Source: Adineta vaga
Taxonomy: Eukaryota > Animalia > Rotifera
NCBI GenBank assembly: GCA_021613535.1
Contig: CP075493.1
Coordinates: 62,001-126,000, forward strand
Direction of reading: 5' to 3'
DNA length: 64,000 bases
Shown here: one piece after another, positions 13,522 through 25,329 of the stretch
How positions within the stretch are numbered: the stretch's first letter is position 1
Layout of the letters: each line of letters begins with the position of its first letter
Program-made: the position numbers and the translations under genes
The notes under the pieces: generated by a model
What the model was told of the DNA's origin: nothing
The model's database searches: none
Seen by the model: only the letters and a program-made list of their open reading frames with translations

Positions 13522-14655
13522 TTACCATCACATGTTTTCTAGGGTAGTTGTAAAGCCATTCATCTGCCACTGTCATTTCTCCATGCACGTTCCAATCGAA
13601 GCTGTTTCTGAAAATAAATTAGACTGCTGGTGTGACATTATTTCAAACATTATGTAAGCTGTCCACATAGACTAATGAACGCAACATATTTAATGCTTCA
13701 TACACTTGTCTCATTACATCATCTGACAATACATATAGCAACATATCTGCCGACAATCACATTATTTACAAGAAATCGAAAGCATAAACAACATTCACAT
13801 GGAGAAGGCATACATTCTACAGTTGATGCCACGCAGCTTGCAAGAAACAAACATATAAATTCACATATAGAACATGTCTCTAGTTTTTTTTATACATGTG
13901 TAATAGTAAATTCGAATGAGTGGGATTGTGAAGAATAAAGATAAAGAGGCGTGTGGGTGCGTATGAATGTCAAAAAACAAGATCGAGAATGAACGTTCTA
14001 AGGTAAGTGCAAGGAGAGGAGCTACCGGGATTTACTTTTTTAGGATTTATTCTCTACAGAGTATTTATTCATTCCATAAAGATTTATTTACACTTATCAG
14101 CTGCATTAGTATTTCAGCGCACCCTCACCATTAATTCTACTCCTCGTACTCGCCCTCATCCTCAGTAGTTCATCGCCCTCAAAGATTACGCGGGATTTAA
14201 TAAAAAAACTCCCATAAATTCCGAAGAATAGGTCCCTGTAACTGTTGGAGAAAATATCGTTTTCCTTCTTTTTACAAGTCGCTCATGTCCATGGTATGAG
14301 TTCACCTCTATCGGTGGAAGAATTGGTCACCAACGTTCCTCTCAAGGGGAAAGAGCGGAATTGTGGATTCTTGGACTTTCATGGAGTCTCTATGATATCT
14401 CTCAAAATTCATATAATTCAGATTTCCGCTCTTTTCCCTCGGTTCCTATGTACTTACAAGTAACGCTTGTCGTGCCGATTCACTTTACCCTCGACTGTGG
14501 AAGACAGGTATTTTCTGCGTGTGTCAATAGTGAGACTAATTGATTAAGCACCTTTATACACGAGGAAACGATGCAAATTATTTTTCTCACACATACTCGC
14601 GCTATATCACCCACTTTAGCACATTTACATTTACATCCACACCCACAATTTCATA

Positions 14656-15523
14656 GGTCCACAAGAAATTAAAGTTATCCTCGTAACTTTTCTATCGCCC
14701 GGTTCTATTTTTGGCTACTTACACTTCTTTTACTTGTCGCTTCTGTAACTTTCATCATTTTTTCCTTCTGTATTTCCTCCTAGTCACCGTAGAACTTTAA
14801 CTTCTTAAAGTCACTTCACCCCTTAATTTCTTAAGCTGTTTTAGCTTCTTTACTTCCTTTCCCTTTATCTATGATCAGAAAACGTCGTGAAGACCTGTGA
14901 ATATCTTTCACTATATAACTAAACTTATAACTAAGCACATATCTACTTCTTCATAACGACGTGCATCATCAATGCTGCAGAACAACGATTAAACCAAAAT
15001 ACAAGAGTAGCAAAAACATACAAGAATAACATATAACTTGATACATTTCTCCCCAATGAAAATTATACATAACCCGTCCTTTTTATTGATCATTCACGAC
15101 AAAGATTTCTTCCACAAAATAACATATATCTGCTATCCGGACATAAACGTTTGTTTCCATTCCATTTAATGATTTCTGGAATAGCTTCTGTAAAACCAAC
15201 TAAACCAAAAAACAGAAAAAGAACTGAGAAGATGTGAGGAGCTGCTCTCTATATAAGATACAGATGAACAAATCTTTGTTTTTATTCCATTCTCCCGTTC
15301 GTTGTGCATTAGATTTTTAAGACTTCTTTTCCAAAAAGCTATAAACAAACAACGAATAAGATAATAAATGCAGTTAACAGAATAACAGAAGATAGAGGAG
15401 TAAAAGGGGTTAAAGAAGTAAAGGGAGTTAAAGGACATAAAGGAGCTAAAGGAGTTAAACGGCTAGAAAATGTGGTTCAATAGTGTAAAAGTACACCAGC
15501 ATAACTTCAGTTTCTTGTGGACC
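14656..15523. mobile_element. MITE with ~40-bp TIRs and TAAAGGAG-type subterminal repeats
   Basis: GGTCCACAAGAAATTAAAGTTATCCTCG / CCAGCATAACTTCAGTTTCTTGTGGACC; mirrored (TAAAGGAG)n-like tracts at 15395-15460 and 14795-14865; superfamily unresolved. Confidence 0.75.
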
Positions 15524-17008
15524 CTTCATGTTCATACTCCCAACCACACTGTAAAAAAAGGAGTTTACCGAACCGAAAAGGAATCTTCCCACTGATACAC
15601 GGGACGATCCTTTGTTGGTTTAGTAGAAAAAATGTACCAGGTAGAACCCTACTAGAAAATTTCAGAACGTAGGTTTCGTAGCAAAGGTTTAGTACGAAAC
15701 TTTTTGTTTCCATTAGAAAGAACATTCCGTACAGTAGGTGCCTTGCAGAACCTCTTCAGTTCATCTGAAAAAAGGTTTCTTACTAATCCATAGCTACGAA
15801 TCCTTTTCCGCATTGATCTTGCTTTTGTTTTAGTGAAATAACCCTTTTATAACGATCACATTACAAGTTCTGTATATAGACATTTCAGAATACATCCTTC
15901 AAATGCTTCTGTTGAAGGTCAACTCGCACTTTCACAAAAACTGATAAATTTTTGGCATCTGGATGAATGTTGACCATTCTAGTAACACCATTAACATGGA
16001 ATCTAAACAGCCTAAAAGACAGGATGTATTTTATATTATATTATCACTTATCTGATTGCCTGATGGACTCTTGACAAGTGGACATCTGCCGATATCAATA
16101 CTCGTATTTTTCGCTGAGCTCTCCCCGTTTGTTAAATGAACCAGTGGCAGCTATCAGTCGTTCGGTAGAAAGTTCACTGAACTCGAACACTCTTCACCAT
16201 GTCAGCGATCGTTTCACAGAGCTTACACCGAACCACTTTCAAGTATGGGAATACATTCATATATTTGAATAAATACTACGGAACCTTGAGCCACTATATG
16301 AAATCATCGATAGTTTCGTAAAAATTTTAGCAAGCCAGGAGTTAGTATACGGAATCATTGATCTTTTTTAATAAATCTCATCAAACCTCAGTCTACTGTA
16401 CAAAACTATTGGTAGTTTCGAGGAAGCTACACCGAATTATTTACAAGTATATGAAACTATTCATAGTTTAGCGTAAACTTTGGTAAACCTTGAACCACTG
16501 TGCTGAACCTTTGATCGTTTTATGTAAATTTTACCAAACCACGAGTGAGTTTACGAAACCCTGAACTGTTTCGCAAAAAATCTGTTCAACCCTGCACCAC
16601 AGTACAAAACCCTCGATGATTCCGCAGAAGCTATACCGAACTTATTTACAAGTATGAAACTACATATCGTTTTCTGTAATGAAAACGAAACTTTCATAGA
16701 AGTTACTGAATTGTAGAAGGTCTTGTACTAAAAGTACGAAACCGTTTTGAAACTGATAGAACTATGTTTTGTTCAGTATACGACGCACAAAATCAAAACT
16801 AGCTTTACGAAGCCAAATAATGCTCGGTATTTTGTGTGCGAAACCTTCGTTGTTCTTACTAAAGTGTTACTCGTTCTATATAAGTTGTGCTTTACCATTA
16901 TGGATTCAAACGAATCTATGAATTGTTCTTTGTACACAAACCGAACCTTCAGAGACACAATCGGATGATAAAAAGTTTCGCATGAATTATACTGAACCTT
17001 TTGAAGCG

Positions 17009-17338
17009 GGTGTGGGTGTGGATATCTATGTGGGTGTGGATGTGGGTATGGGTGTGGATTTATATGTGGGTGTATGTGGGGTGGCATTATTTCATGTATC
17101 TTAGAACCACCCACATCATTATCCTTACCCACACCTACATTCACATAGATATTCTCACCCACATAGGACCCACACTCATGCACACCTGCCTATTATCTCT
17201 TACCTTCCTCTTGGAGATGGGAGATAGAGATGCGGGATATGGGTCATCTCCTTAGGGAGATGTAGCATCTACCTAAGGATATGCGTATCCACAAGCGTCT
17301 CCCGCCATCCCCGATCTGCGGGATATGTGACACTACTC
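17009..17338. repeat. Inverted TGTGGG-like repeat blocks plus GGGATATG-type MITE remnant
   Basis: G-rich degenerate TGTGGG tract 17009-17083 facing a C-rich CCCACA tract 17107-17185. Confidence 0.6.
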
Positions 17339-17832
17339 AATTGTTTATATCATTCTATTGTTCTTTTGATGAATAATCCATTAGTGGCGGCTAGTGAATT
17401 GCGAGGTATAAATTCTTTTTCTTGACATTATCCTAAATTAAGATTTGAAAACTATTTTTAGTTCGAACTGTTATTGAACTTATAACTAATGAAAACTATT
17501 ACGATACCGTGTTTTCACAATATGCAGGAAATACTGATATTATTATTCAAACAGCTTGTAGAAAGGGGATGTATTCTGAATTACATGAAGTTGCTGCATT
17601 ATGCAATGTACTACAATGTAACATACGAAGTGTTTATCCAAAAATTGATTTTTATCAAAATTATAGAGCAATTTGGGATAGAGTCTTTTCACCTATTCCA
17701 CCTATTATTGGGAATTGTAACATTGCAATCTTATGCTCAAATACTTTGCATGAAAATCATGTTCGAGAAATGTATAATGGCACACGGAGGCCAAATCATT
17801 TTGTTCCACTTCTGTCGCCACCTACACTCTAA
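17339..17832 (+). pseudogene. Vertnin-like / OTU-fold cysteine protease fragment (spliced, truncated on both sides by insertions)
   Basis: NCLYHSIVLLMNNPLVAASELR-(GT..AG intron ~17406-17461)-VRTVIELITNENYY...ELHEVAALCNVLQCNIRSVYP...PNHFVPLL. This matches the OTU-type NCL..S Cys motif and the NHF His motif. Confidence 0.7.
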
Positions 17833-18208
17833 AAAAAGGGTCGATACCAAACCTAAAAAGGATCTGACCGCGCGCACACGCTCCGAACCATCGTCTACGA
17901 AACCTTTATAAGTTTCGTACAGCGAAAAAAGGTTTTGTATTTGCTCACGAAACCTTAATGCTTTCGTACAAAACCACAGTACTGAACCACGAGGTTTCGT
18001 ACTTTCTGACGGAACCTTTTTTCCCTGTACAAAACTCAAAAAGGTTTCGTAGAGGATGGTTCGGAGCGTGTACCCGCGGTCAGATCCTTTTTAGGTTTCG
18101 TAGATTTTGAAAGCCATTTCTTTTGATTTATCAACGCATTCTGAAGCTATTGAAATCTACGAAACCCTTTTGACGGGTTCAGTCACCTTACCTTCTTTAT
18201 TTAGAGTG
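17825..18208. mobile_element. CACTC-ended MITE (copy 2)
   Basis: CACTCTAAAAAAAAGG...CTTTATTTAGAGTG; core shared with copies 1 and 3. Confidence 0.85.
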
Positions 18209-18984
18209 TGCGATCAAAGAAATTTACTAATAAGTGCAGAACAGACGATGACCTATAAAATAAATTGAAAAATTCATGAAAAAACACAGCTGTGCATACT
18301 TATTTACTGGATATCTGATGTAACCAGGAAATCATGAAGTTATCTTATCAATTCGTCGTTAAAGAATGAACTGTCACTTATTCAATAATAAAAATAGAAA
18401 AGATGATGAAAAGAAAACAAGTTCATCTGCTTCAAACTAACATTACTTGCCTTATAAAAAGCAGAATACTGTAAAAATATTCAACCATATTTTTGATCTG
18501 AGTGAGAGTCGACGATGAGATAGAAAGTTTTCTAACGGACGATCTCTATGAATATATAGGCTCTAGTATCTCAGTCTCAGTGATAGTCATTGATGACATG
18601 TAGGATTTTCGAACGGACGGTCTGTATAAATATAGACGAGTCAGTCAATGACTATCATCGATGGTATAGATGAAGTCCTACCTGGCGATTAATAGGAGTT
18701 TAGACAACCAACGGTTCCTCAGGTTTAGGGCTAGCTCTACACTCATAAGGATTTCTGTTATTGTCTGTAAGTTTCGTATGCAAACTATGGGAGTGTAATT
18801 AGTTTCGTATAATAGGAAATGGTTCGGTATACAATGCACACTAGTCACGAAAGATTTCGAGACTCGTCTGAGGGTTCGGTATACAGCACACGAAACTCTG
18901 AAGATTTCTGTAAGTAGTCAGATGGTTCTGTACACATTACGCTAAACCCTCGAGGGTTCTGTAAGTGTTCGGAAGGGTCACTAT

Positions 18985-21900
18985 CAGAGCTGGGACGCAA
19001 GTACATGTACTCGTACTTTCTGTACTTTTCAAGTACAACGTAGAAATACTTGTACTTAGCTCAGAGTACTTGTACTTGTACTTGTACTTTTGAGAGAATA
19101 CTTGTACTTGAGCAAAGTACTTGTACTCGAATGGTTGAGTTCGCCTTAGGCATATACCGACCGTATGTATGAAGCGAGACCACATTTCCTACAAATTGCT
19201 ATGCATCTTAAGTCGAGTAAAATATCGACTTGACGATATATGAATTTACCCAATCTTAAGCCTATCTTTTGACTCGCCCCAAAGCCGCCTAGGGATATGT
19301 GAGATATTATCATGGATTTCTACCCTAACATGTCTATCAACCCGAGGTCGGACGTTATTCCAGTGGCACAGATCTTTGCCAGAATATTGTCTGATAGTAC
19401 TATTTTCTTGATAATTCACCTCGGTCTTGTCGCTTCCTACAATGTACTCAATAACCTTTGAAGAGGTCTAAGCGGAAAAAAATAAAAATTCAACGGTAGA
19501 AGGTCCATGATGTGTTTTTGACCTTCCACGTGGGTAACCACGATGTACTCAATAACCTCTGAAGACGTCTAAGCGGAAAAAAATAAAAGTTCAAAGCTAG
19601 AAGGACCACTCATGTGTCTTTGACCTTTTCTGCCGATTTTAGAACTACGTATGGTCAAATATCGAGAGCTCAAATTTTAGAAACAAAAGAATTTCGTTAT
19701 TTTCATCTTCTAGATTATAAATTATGCGTAAACAGAAATATACAACGCCAAAAAAAGAGTGATTGAGAAGGAACTACAAAAACATATTTTACTGAATATA
19801 CAGAGAAACCACAAAACAGAAGATTTGAAAACTATCTATAACAGGTTCTGATTAACTCGTAGAAACACTAATGACTGAAAGAGTTCATCTCCCATCGATG
19901 TCCTTCTAGGTGACATGACGATTCCAGACTGACTAAAGGCACGTTCAATTGGAGCAGATGATGCTTGGACGGAAAAAACCTTTTTGACAATATCTGCTAG
20001 TAAGGATGGGACACTAGTTTTCCATGATAAAAGGGAATTAATGCGAGACGTATCGTTAATATAGTTTGTCAATTTATCTGCTGGACTAGCTCCTGTATGT
20101 GATGAAACGGGTCCTTCATTATCATCATATTCAAATAACTTTCGTTTTTTAACGTTTATAGTGGACTGTCCTGAATTCTCATCGCCGCTCAAGAAAGAAT
20201 GCTGTGATGATGATTGGCCTTTCTGTTGAGCACGATTCCGTTCACATTCATCTAGTACTAAATTTATCATTGCATGCTTTATTTTAGATTCCATTGATGG
20301 AGTATAATCCATCAAGTACATCCAACGAAACTTGAATTTTGGGTCTAATAAGGTTGCAACAAAATATAACGGGTCATTGAACGGATCACTATCAAGGACT
20401 GGTTGCAGAGATAGTCGCTTCACAATTCCAGCGAAACGAGTATTCATTGACTGTTCCAACTGACTTATCAACTTTTTCAATAATGACACTTTGCCTTTCA
20501 TTTGTTTCAAATGAGATATTATATGCACAACTGCAGGCACAACCATACCAACGGTAGCTGTAGTCTCAGATTGACAAACAGTAGTTATATCAGCAAAAGG
20601 CTCAAGCACATCAACAGCCTCCTCGAGTACGGTGAAATCTCTATTGTTAAAGCTAAGCGTGTCATCACCGATAGTATCAGTAATATCATCAACGGTTTTC
20701 TTTCCCAACCGAAGAATTGACTGAATAAGAAAATATTCAGAACTCCATCGTGTTTTATTTGATCGACTTATTCGTTTATCGACATCCTCCAAGATATCAG
20801 CAACTTTTGATGACTTATGAGACTTTTTTGAAAGCTGTTTGCATTTCGACAAAGTTTTAGAGAGATATGGTATCTTGTTCAACCCATCTCGAATTGCTAA
20901 CTGTAGACTGTGTGCGAAGCAAGAGAGTCGCACGTTTGTCTCTTCAGCCCCATTTGATCCGTCAGCTTTGTCATCGATAGGATCAAGGAGTGTCCATTCC
21001 ATTTCAGAATCAGATTCATCGATAATACCGTACTCTGAAGAGTTTTCGGAAGTATCACTAGTCTGAGACTGATTTTCTAGATCGCTCTCGTCATTAACAG
21101 CCAGTCCGAATTTATATGCCTTAATCATATTTGGTGCATTGTCCGTGATTATTCGATAGATTTTTCTACTGATTCCCAGTTCCTCTAGAATATCTTTTGT
21201 GATATTTCGAATATTCTCAGCTGTATGTGGTCCTTTCAGTCGCACAAATTTCAATAAAACGGCATGTGATTTGAAATCAACATCGATAAAATGCCCAGTA
21301 ATTCCTAAGAACGCTTTTGCTCTTCGGTCACACCAAATATCGATGGTAACTGAAAGATGATCGGTTTCATTGAGCATTGCGTCAACCTTTCCTTTAACAG
21401 ACCCATACAAAGATGGAATCATCTGGGCCTTGATGTAACGTGCTGAACATGGTTTCCATTTATGCGCGACCACGTTCATGAATCTTCGAAAACCACCCTG
21501 TTCAATCATGGACGGAGGCAAGTTACATTTCAGTATTAAATTTGTGGCTATCGACTCATTAATCTTTGCATCGTAATCAGTACTTTCATATTCAATATTC
21601 TCCTGTTCCTCATCATGTGAGCTAATAGGATTACGACCACGGCTTTGCATATATTCTTCCTTATGTCGTCGTTTCAGATGTTTATGAAAATTTCCAGTGG
21701 AACCAATTTTATCAGTATACTTGCGACTGCAGCGCTTACAATGCCCCATTACTTTACCCTCCTTCGGTGGGTCAAAATGATAAAACTGTTTCAGAAATTC
21801 CATAACACCGCAAGAAAATAAGTGAAATGCTTAATGCACACAAATACTTTGAATACTTATATTAAAGGTGTAACTGTTCACTACTATGATATGCAACTAA

Positions 21901-22543
21901 ATGAAAACACAACGAGAAATCGACGGTATATACTGTCCACCGTGGCAATCTGTGATTCGCCGATAGTAATACACCAATCAGAAGTAAGAAGAACCAATCG
22001 AGTGCCCCATCTACATGTCAATTTCACTATGTCTAAAACAAAACGTTCAGAATCTTCCTCATGTGCGCATACAACTAGAACTGCTTAGTCCAAACCAGCC
22101 AAACTCTTTTAAAAAAATGAAGGCGTCCATCTTCGACTAAAAGGAGTAAGAAAATCCAGGCGAAGGTCGACGACACATGAGTGGTCCTTCTAGCTTTAAA
22201 CTTTTATTTTTTTCCGCTTAGACCTCTTCAAAGGTTATTGAGTACATCGTGGTGACCCACGTGGAAGGTCAAAAACACATCATGGACCTTCCACCGTTGA
22301 ATTTTTATTTTTTTCCGCTTAGACCTCTTCAAAGGTTATTGAGTAAATAATAGTCAGACAGAAGTGGAAGTACGGTTCGTCAAAGACAAGTACAATTACT
22401 TGTACTTGTACTTGATGTACTTGTACTTGTCTTACCTGTGATACAAGTACATTCATGCGAGTACAAGTACAAGTACAAGTACATCGATACACGTACAAGC
22501 ACTTGTACGTGTACTTTGTGTACGTGTACTTATCCTACCTCTG
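18985..22543 (-). mobile_element. hAT DNA transposon, potentially autonomous
   Basis: Imperfect TIRs CAGAGCTGGGACGCAAGTACA / TGTACTTATCCTACCTCTG; (TACTTG)n/(CAAGTA)n subterminal repeats; encloses an intact transposase ORF; flanking 8-mers do not match. Confidence 0.9.
19836..21803 (-). CDS. hAT transposase (BED zinc finger, DDE core, C-terminal dimerisation domain), 655 aa
   Basis: CKRC...STGNFHKHLKRRH (BED); SVTIDIW, IITDNAPNM, SCFAHSLQLAI, TRWSS, ATLLDPKFK, SSAPIERAFSQSG. Confidence 0.95.
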   Translation of the reverse strand: MEFLKQFYHFDPPKEGKVMGHCKRCSRKYTDKIGSTGNFHKHLKRRHKEEYMQSRGRNPISSHDEEQENIEYESTDYDAKINESIATNLILKCNLPPSMIEQGGFRRFMNVVAHKWKPCSARYIKAQMIPSLYGSVKGKVDAMLNETDHLSVTIDIWCDRRAKAFLGITGHFIDVDFKSHAVLLKFVRLKGPHTAENIRNITKDILEELGISRKIYRIITDNAPNMIKAYKFGLAVNDESDLENQSQTSDTSENSSEYGIIDESDSEMEWTLLDPIDDKADGSNGAEETNVRLSCFAHSLQLAIRDGLNKIPYLSKTLSKCKQLSKKSHKSSKVADILEDVDKRISRSNKTRWSSEYFLIQSILRLGKKTVDDITDTIGDDTLSFNNRDFTVLEEAVDVLEPFADITTVCQSETTATVGMVVPAVVHIISHLKQMKGKVSLLKKLISQLEQSMNTRFAGIVKRLSLQPVLDSDPFNDPLYFVATLLDPKFKFRWMYLMDYTPSMESKIKHAMINLVLDECERNRAQQKGQSSSQHSFLSGDENSGQSTINVKKRKLFEYDDNEGPVSSHTGASPADKLTNYINDTSRINSLLSWKTSVPSLLADIVKKVFSVQASSAPIERAFSQSGIVMSPRRTSMGDELFQSLVFLRVNQNLL

Positions 22544-22866
22544 TACCAGATTAAAGCCCATCAAACCACTGAAAATAGATTTTTGTCGGAGCTCTAAACG
22601 TTGTCTCTCGTCTCCGTTTAGGAAAGCAATAGTAACTGTTTGTTTTTTCCATACAAAATGTGGATCAACAACCAGACCATCTAATCGAGCATCAGTTAAA
22701 ATTTCAAGCATACGAATAATTATAGTATAGAAAAGAAGGGTGGGGTGTGGGTGTGGGTGGGTGTGAGTATTCTTTTCATTCGACACCCTCGCCCTCAATA
22801 TATCATTGTTCGATTTCAAGTGGTAATTATCGAGATGAAATATTGTTTTCTTTAAGAACATTCTAG

Positions 22867-23145
22867 TTATAATATTTCTTCAGTATTCAATCTCTCAAGC
22901 CCAATATCGATTGATGAAGGTGAAAGTCTATTAATTCAAGCTCCATCTGATTATGATCGTATTTATTGGTGGTGTGATGATAATGAAGAACTTCCAAGAA
23001 GTCTATATCAAGTTGGTAATAGTTTGGAAATTTTAAAAGCAACTTCTGATCATAATCGGGAACATATCATTGTCAGTTGTACAAACATGATGGTACAAGT
23101 GAACAGATTTCATATGAAATTCGGGTGCGACGTAGTCAAACATCT
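22867..23145 (+). pseudogene. Isolated Ig-like domain exon with frameshift
   Basis: ISIDEGESLLIQ...IYWW...ELPRSLYQVGNSLEILKATSDHN-(frameshift)-GTYHCQLYKHDGTSEQISYEIRV; an I-set-like pattern. Confidence 0.6.
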
Positions 23146-25329
23146 TAGAGAGAGATTAATAAACGAAAAAAGAAACAAAACTTCATTTTCATTTTATTTC
23201 GTCTTCTGTTTTACGTAGTCAACCGAAAATATACTGTTAAATCGACATTGAATATCGTGATTTCAAACAGTTTCTTTTTTTTTCTTTTGTTTTGAATAAT
23301 AAATTCTGACTGGAATAATCATTTCATTAACATCTGATAAAATATGTTATAACAACTATATCGATATTGCAATTTGTTTCAGTAATAGAAAGTATTAGTG
23401 AACATAAGCATAAACATAAAAATCACTGTTCAGAAGCATCCTCTACCATTCTTAACCAGAGATGGTCGAGTGAAAAAACTTGATCTTGAAAAAGGTTGTG
23501 ACACACGAATTTGTGATTGGATTGATGGTCATATGACTTTCGATGATGTTCATCATCAACTTCTCACTGTTTTCGCTTTCAATAAGATGATATTTAATCA
23601 AATACAATATATAATATCTCTATTTCTATTTAGCAAATAGATGACTCTATACCAACAGATAAAAACAATCAATCACTTCTAGCTGTGGAGAATGAACTAG
23701 AAGATAATATTTCAGAAAACATCATCCTAGAATGTTAATTTATTTCTAGATAAAAATATCTCAAATAATCTTTATCCCATTTAGAATATTTATTTATAAT
23801 ACAAGTAAAGATATGATACAGAAATATTCGTGAATTAATCAATCATCGATCTATGATGGAAGAAGGTTGTTATTAGTAGTGAAAAATCGATCCAATAGAA
23901 AACTTAATAGGCAATGATTATTATCGACAATACTCTATCGTTATTAAACAAAGATGATATCATATGACCGATAAAAGAAAATTTTAAATTTATTGAACAA
24001 GAGTTACCACGTATCTCTTAAGAATGAATTCCACTTATTTTGGATATGATTTGCACAGGATTATTAGACTCTATCTACAATCTATAGCATATAGTGGAGC
24101 AAAAACTGAAAATGACATTTGAGATTAAAGTTTGATAATAATTAAAATAACAACAACAATACTGAATATTCAATGTATAAAGTCATTTTAGAAAAATGAT
24201 GTCTAATTTAATTATAAAGAACTTCATAACAGTGGTGAATAAAAAATTAAATATTATTAAAATTAAATGAATGACTAAATTTCTATAATGATTTTATGAA
24301 ACGAGCCGAATATTCTTAGTTTTTAAGAGCGGTGAAACAAGAACCATAAACATTAGAAATTATTCATTATGAAAAATTTTGATATACGTTTCTCACTCTA
24401 ATACTATTGTAAATTTGTTATCAGACAAAAGAACGGTTTACTCCCGATTCGGACGGAATCGTCCCTTCTCATTTGTGTCCTTTTCTCATTTCGGCTCCTA
24501 GCATTTGGATCTTTATTCATTTATGTGTTTTTAATGAAAAGAAATTGCGTATTTAGTGTTCCTCTTCGTGATTAGTCATAGATAGAAAACTGTCTCGAAT
24601 ATTCATTGGTAGAAATGAATTTATATAATAGTCCAGTTTGACCACATGATGAGTCATCAACTATTCTGTATATAAACAAATATATTCTAGCAAAAAACGA
24701 ACAACAAAACAAATGGAATTTACAAGTACAAATCGTACAGCAATTCTTCTTAAGAGGCGTTCCACGAAAAAACCAAAATTTTTCTAAAACATGGGGGTCA
24801 ACGGATTTGGGATCTGGCCCCATAGGAAGCTAGGCACTATTGACCCATATATGAATCCGAAATATTATGGTCTGAAGATTTACTTTAGGAGAGTTAGGGT
24901 ATGTCGAACGATTTCACCCTCAAACATGAGATGAAAAATGAGCAAAATGATGTTTTTTTTTCTTATGAATTTTTTTCATATAAATTTTCCTCTGAGAAAA
25001 TTGAGTCATATACCAATCGATAGAGCTTGACTTGCTCTACAAGAGGGTATATATGGGATCTTTTTATAGCGTTAAGATGGGTGTGGGTGTCCTGTTATTT
25101 TGTGCCCACGCATACTCTGCTACAAACTCTCACCCACATCCACAGCCTCAGCCTCAAGATATAACAATTATTCAACATGAAACAGTATACTGATCAAAAT
25201 TCAAATTTTACTAATCAAAGTACAATTTCTACTAATCAAAAATAAATTTTCTACTGATCAATAAATCAAACTGATCATTCACAAAAAAATACTGATCATT
25301 TAAATAAAAGCCTTTATTTATTATGTTCA

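Larger units (their letters stand above)
15547..18984. mobile_element. Degenerate CACTG-ended (CACTA/CMC-like) element, right end missing at the hAT junction
   Basis: Left terminus CACTGTAAAAAAAGG; GAAACC/GGTTTC and GAACC/GGTTC subterminal motifs at 15560-15800, 16200-17000 and 18760-18980; no matching CAGTG end seen. Confidence 0.5.

Noticed and set aside
16773-17255. His/Pro-repeat and Trp/Val-repeat ORFs
   Set aside because: Translations of the TGTGGG-like repeat on the two strands.
18937-19185. KYKYKY ORF (and VQVQV ORF at 22455-22730)
   Set aside because: Translations of hAT subterminal TACTTG repeats.
24749-25075. Complete Kolobok/Tc-like MITE
   Set aside because: Only one plausible TTAA-flanked end; no partner TIR found.
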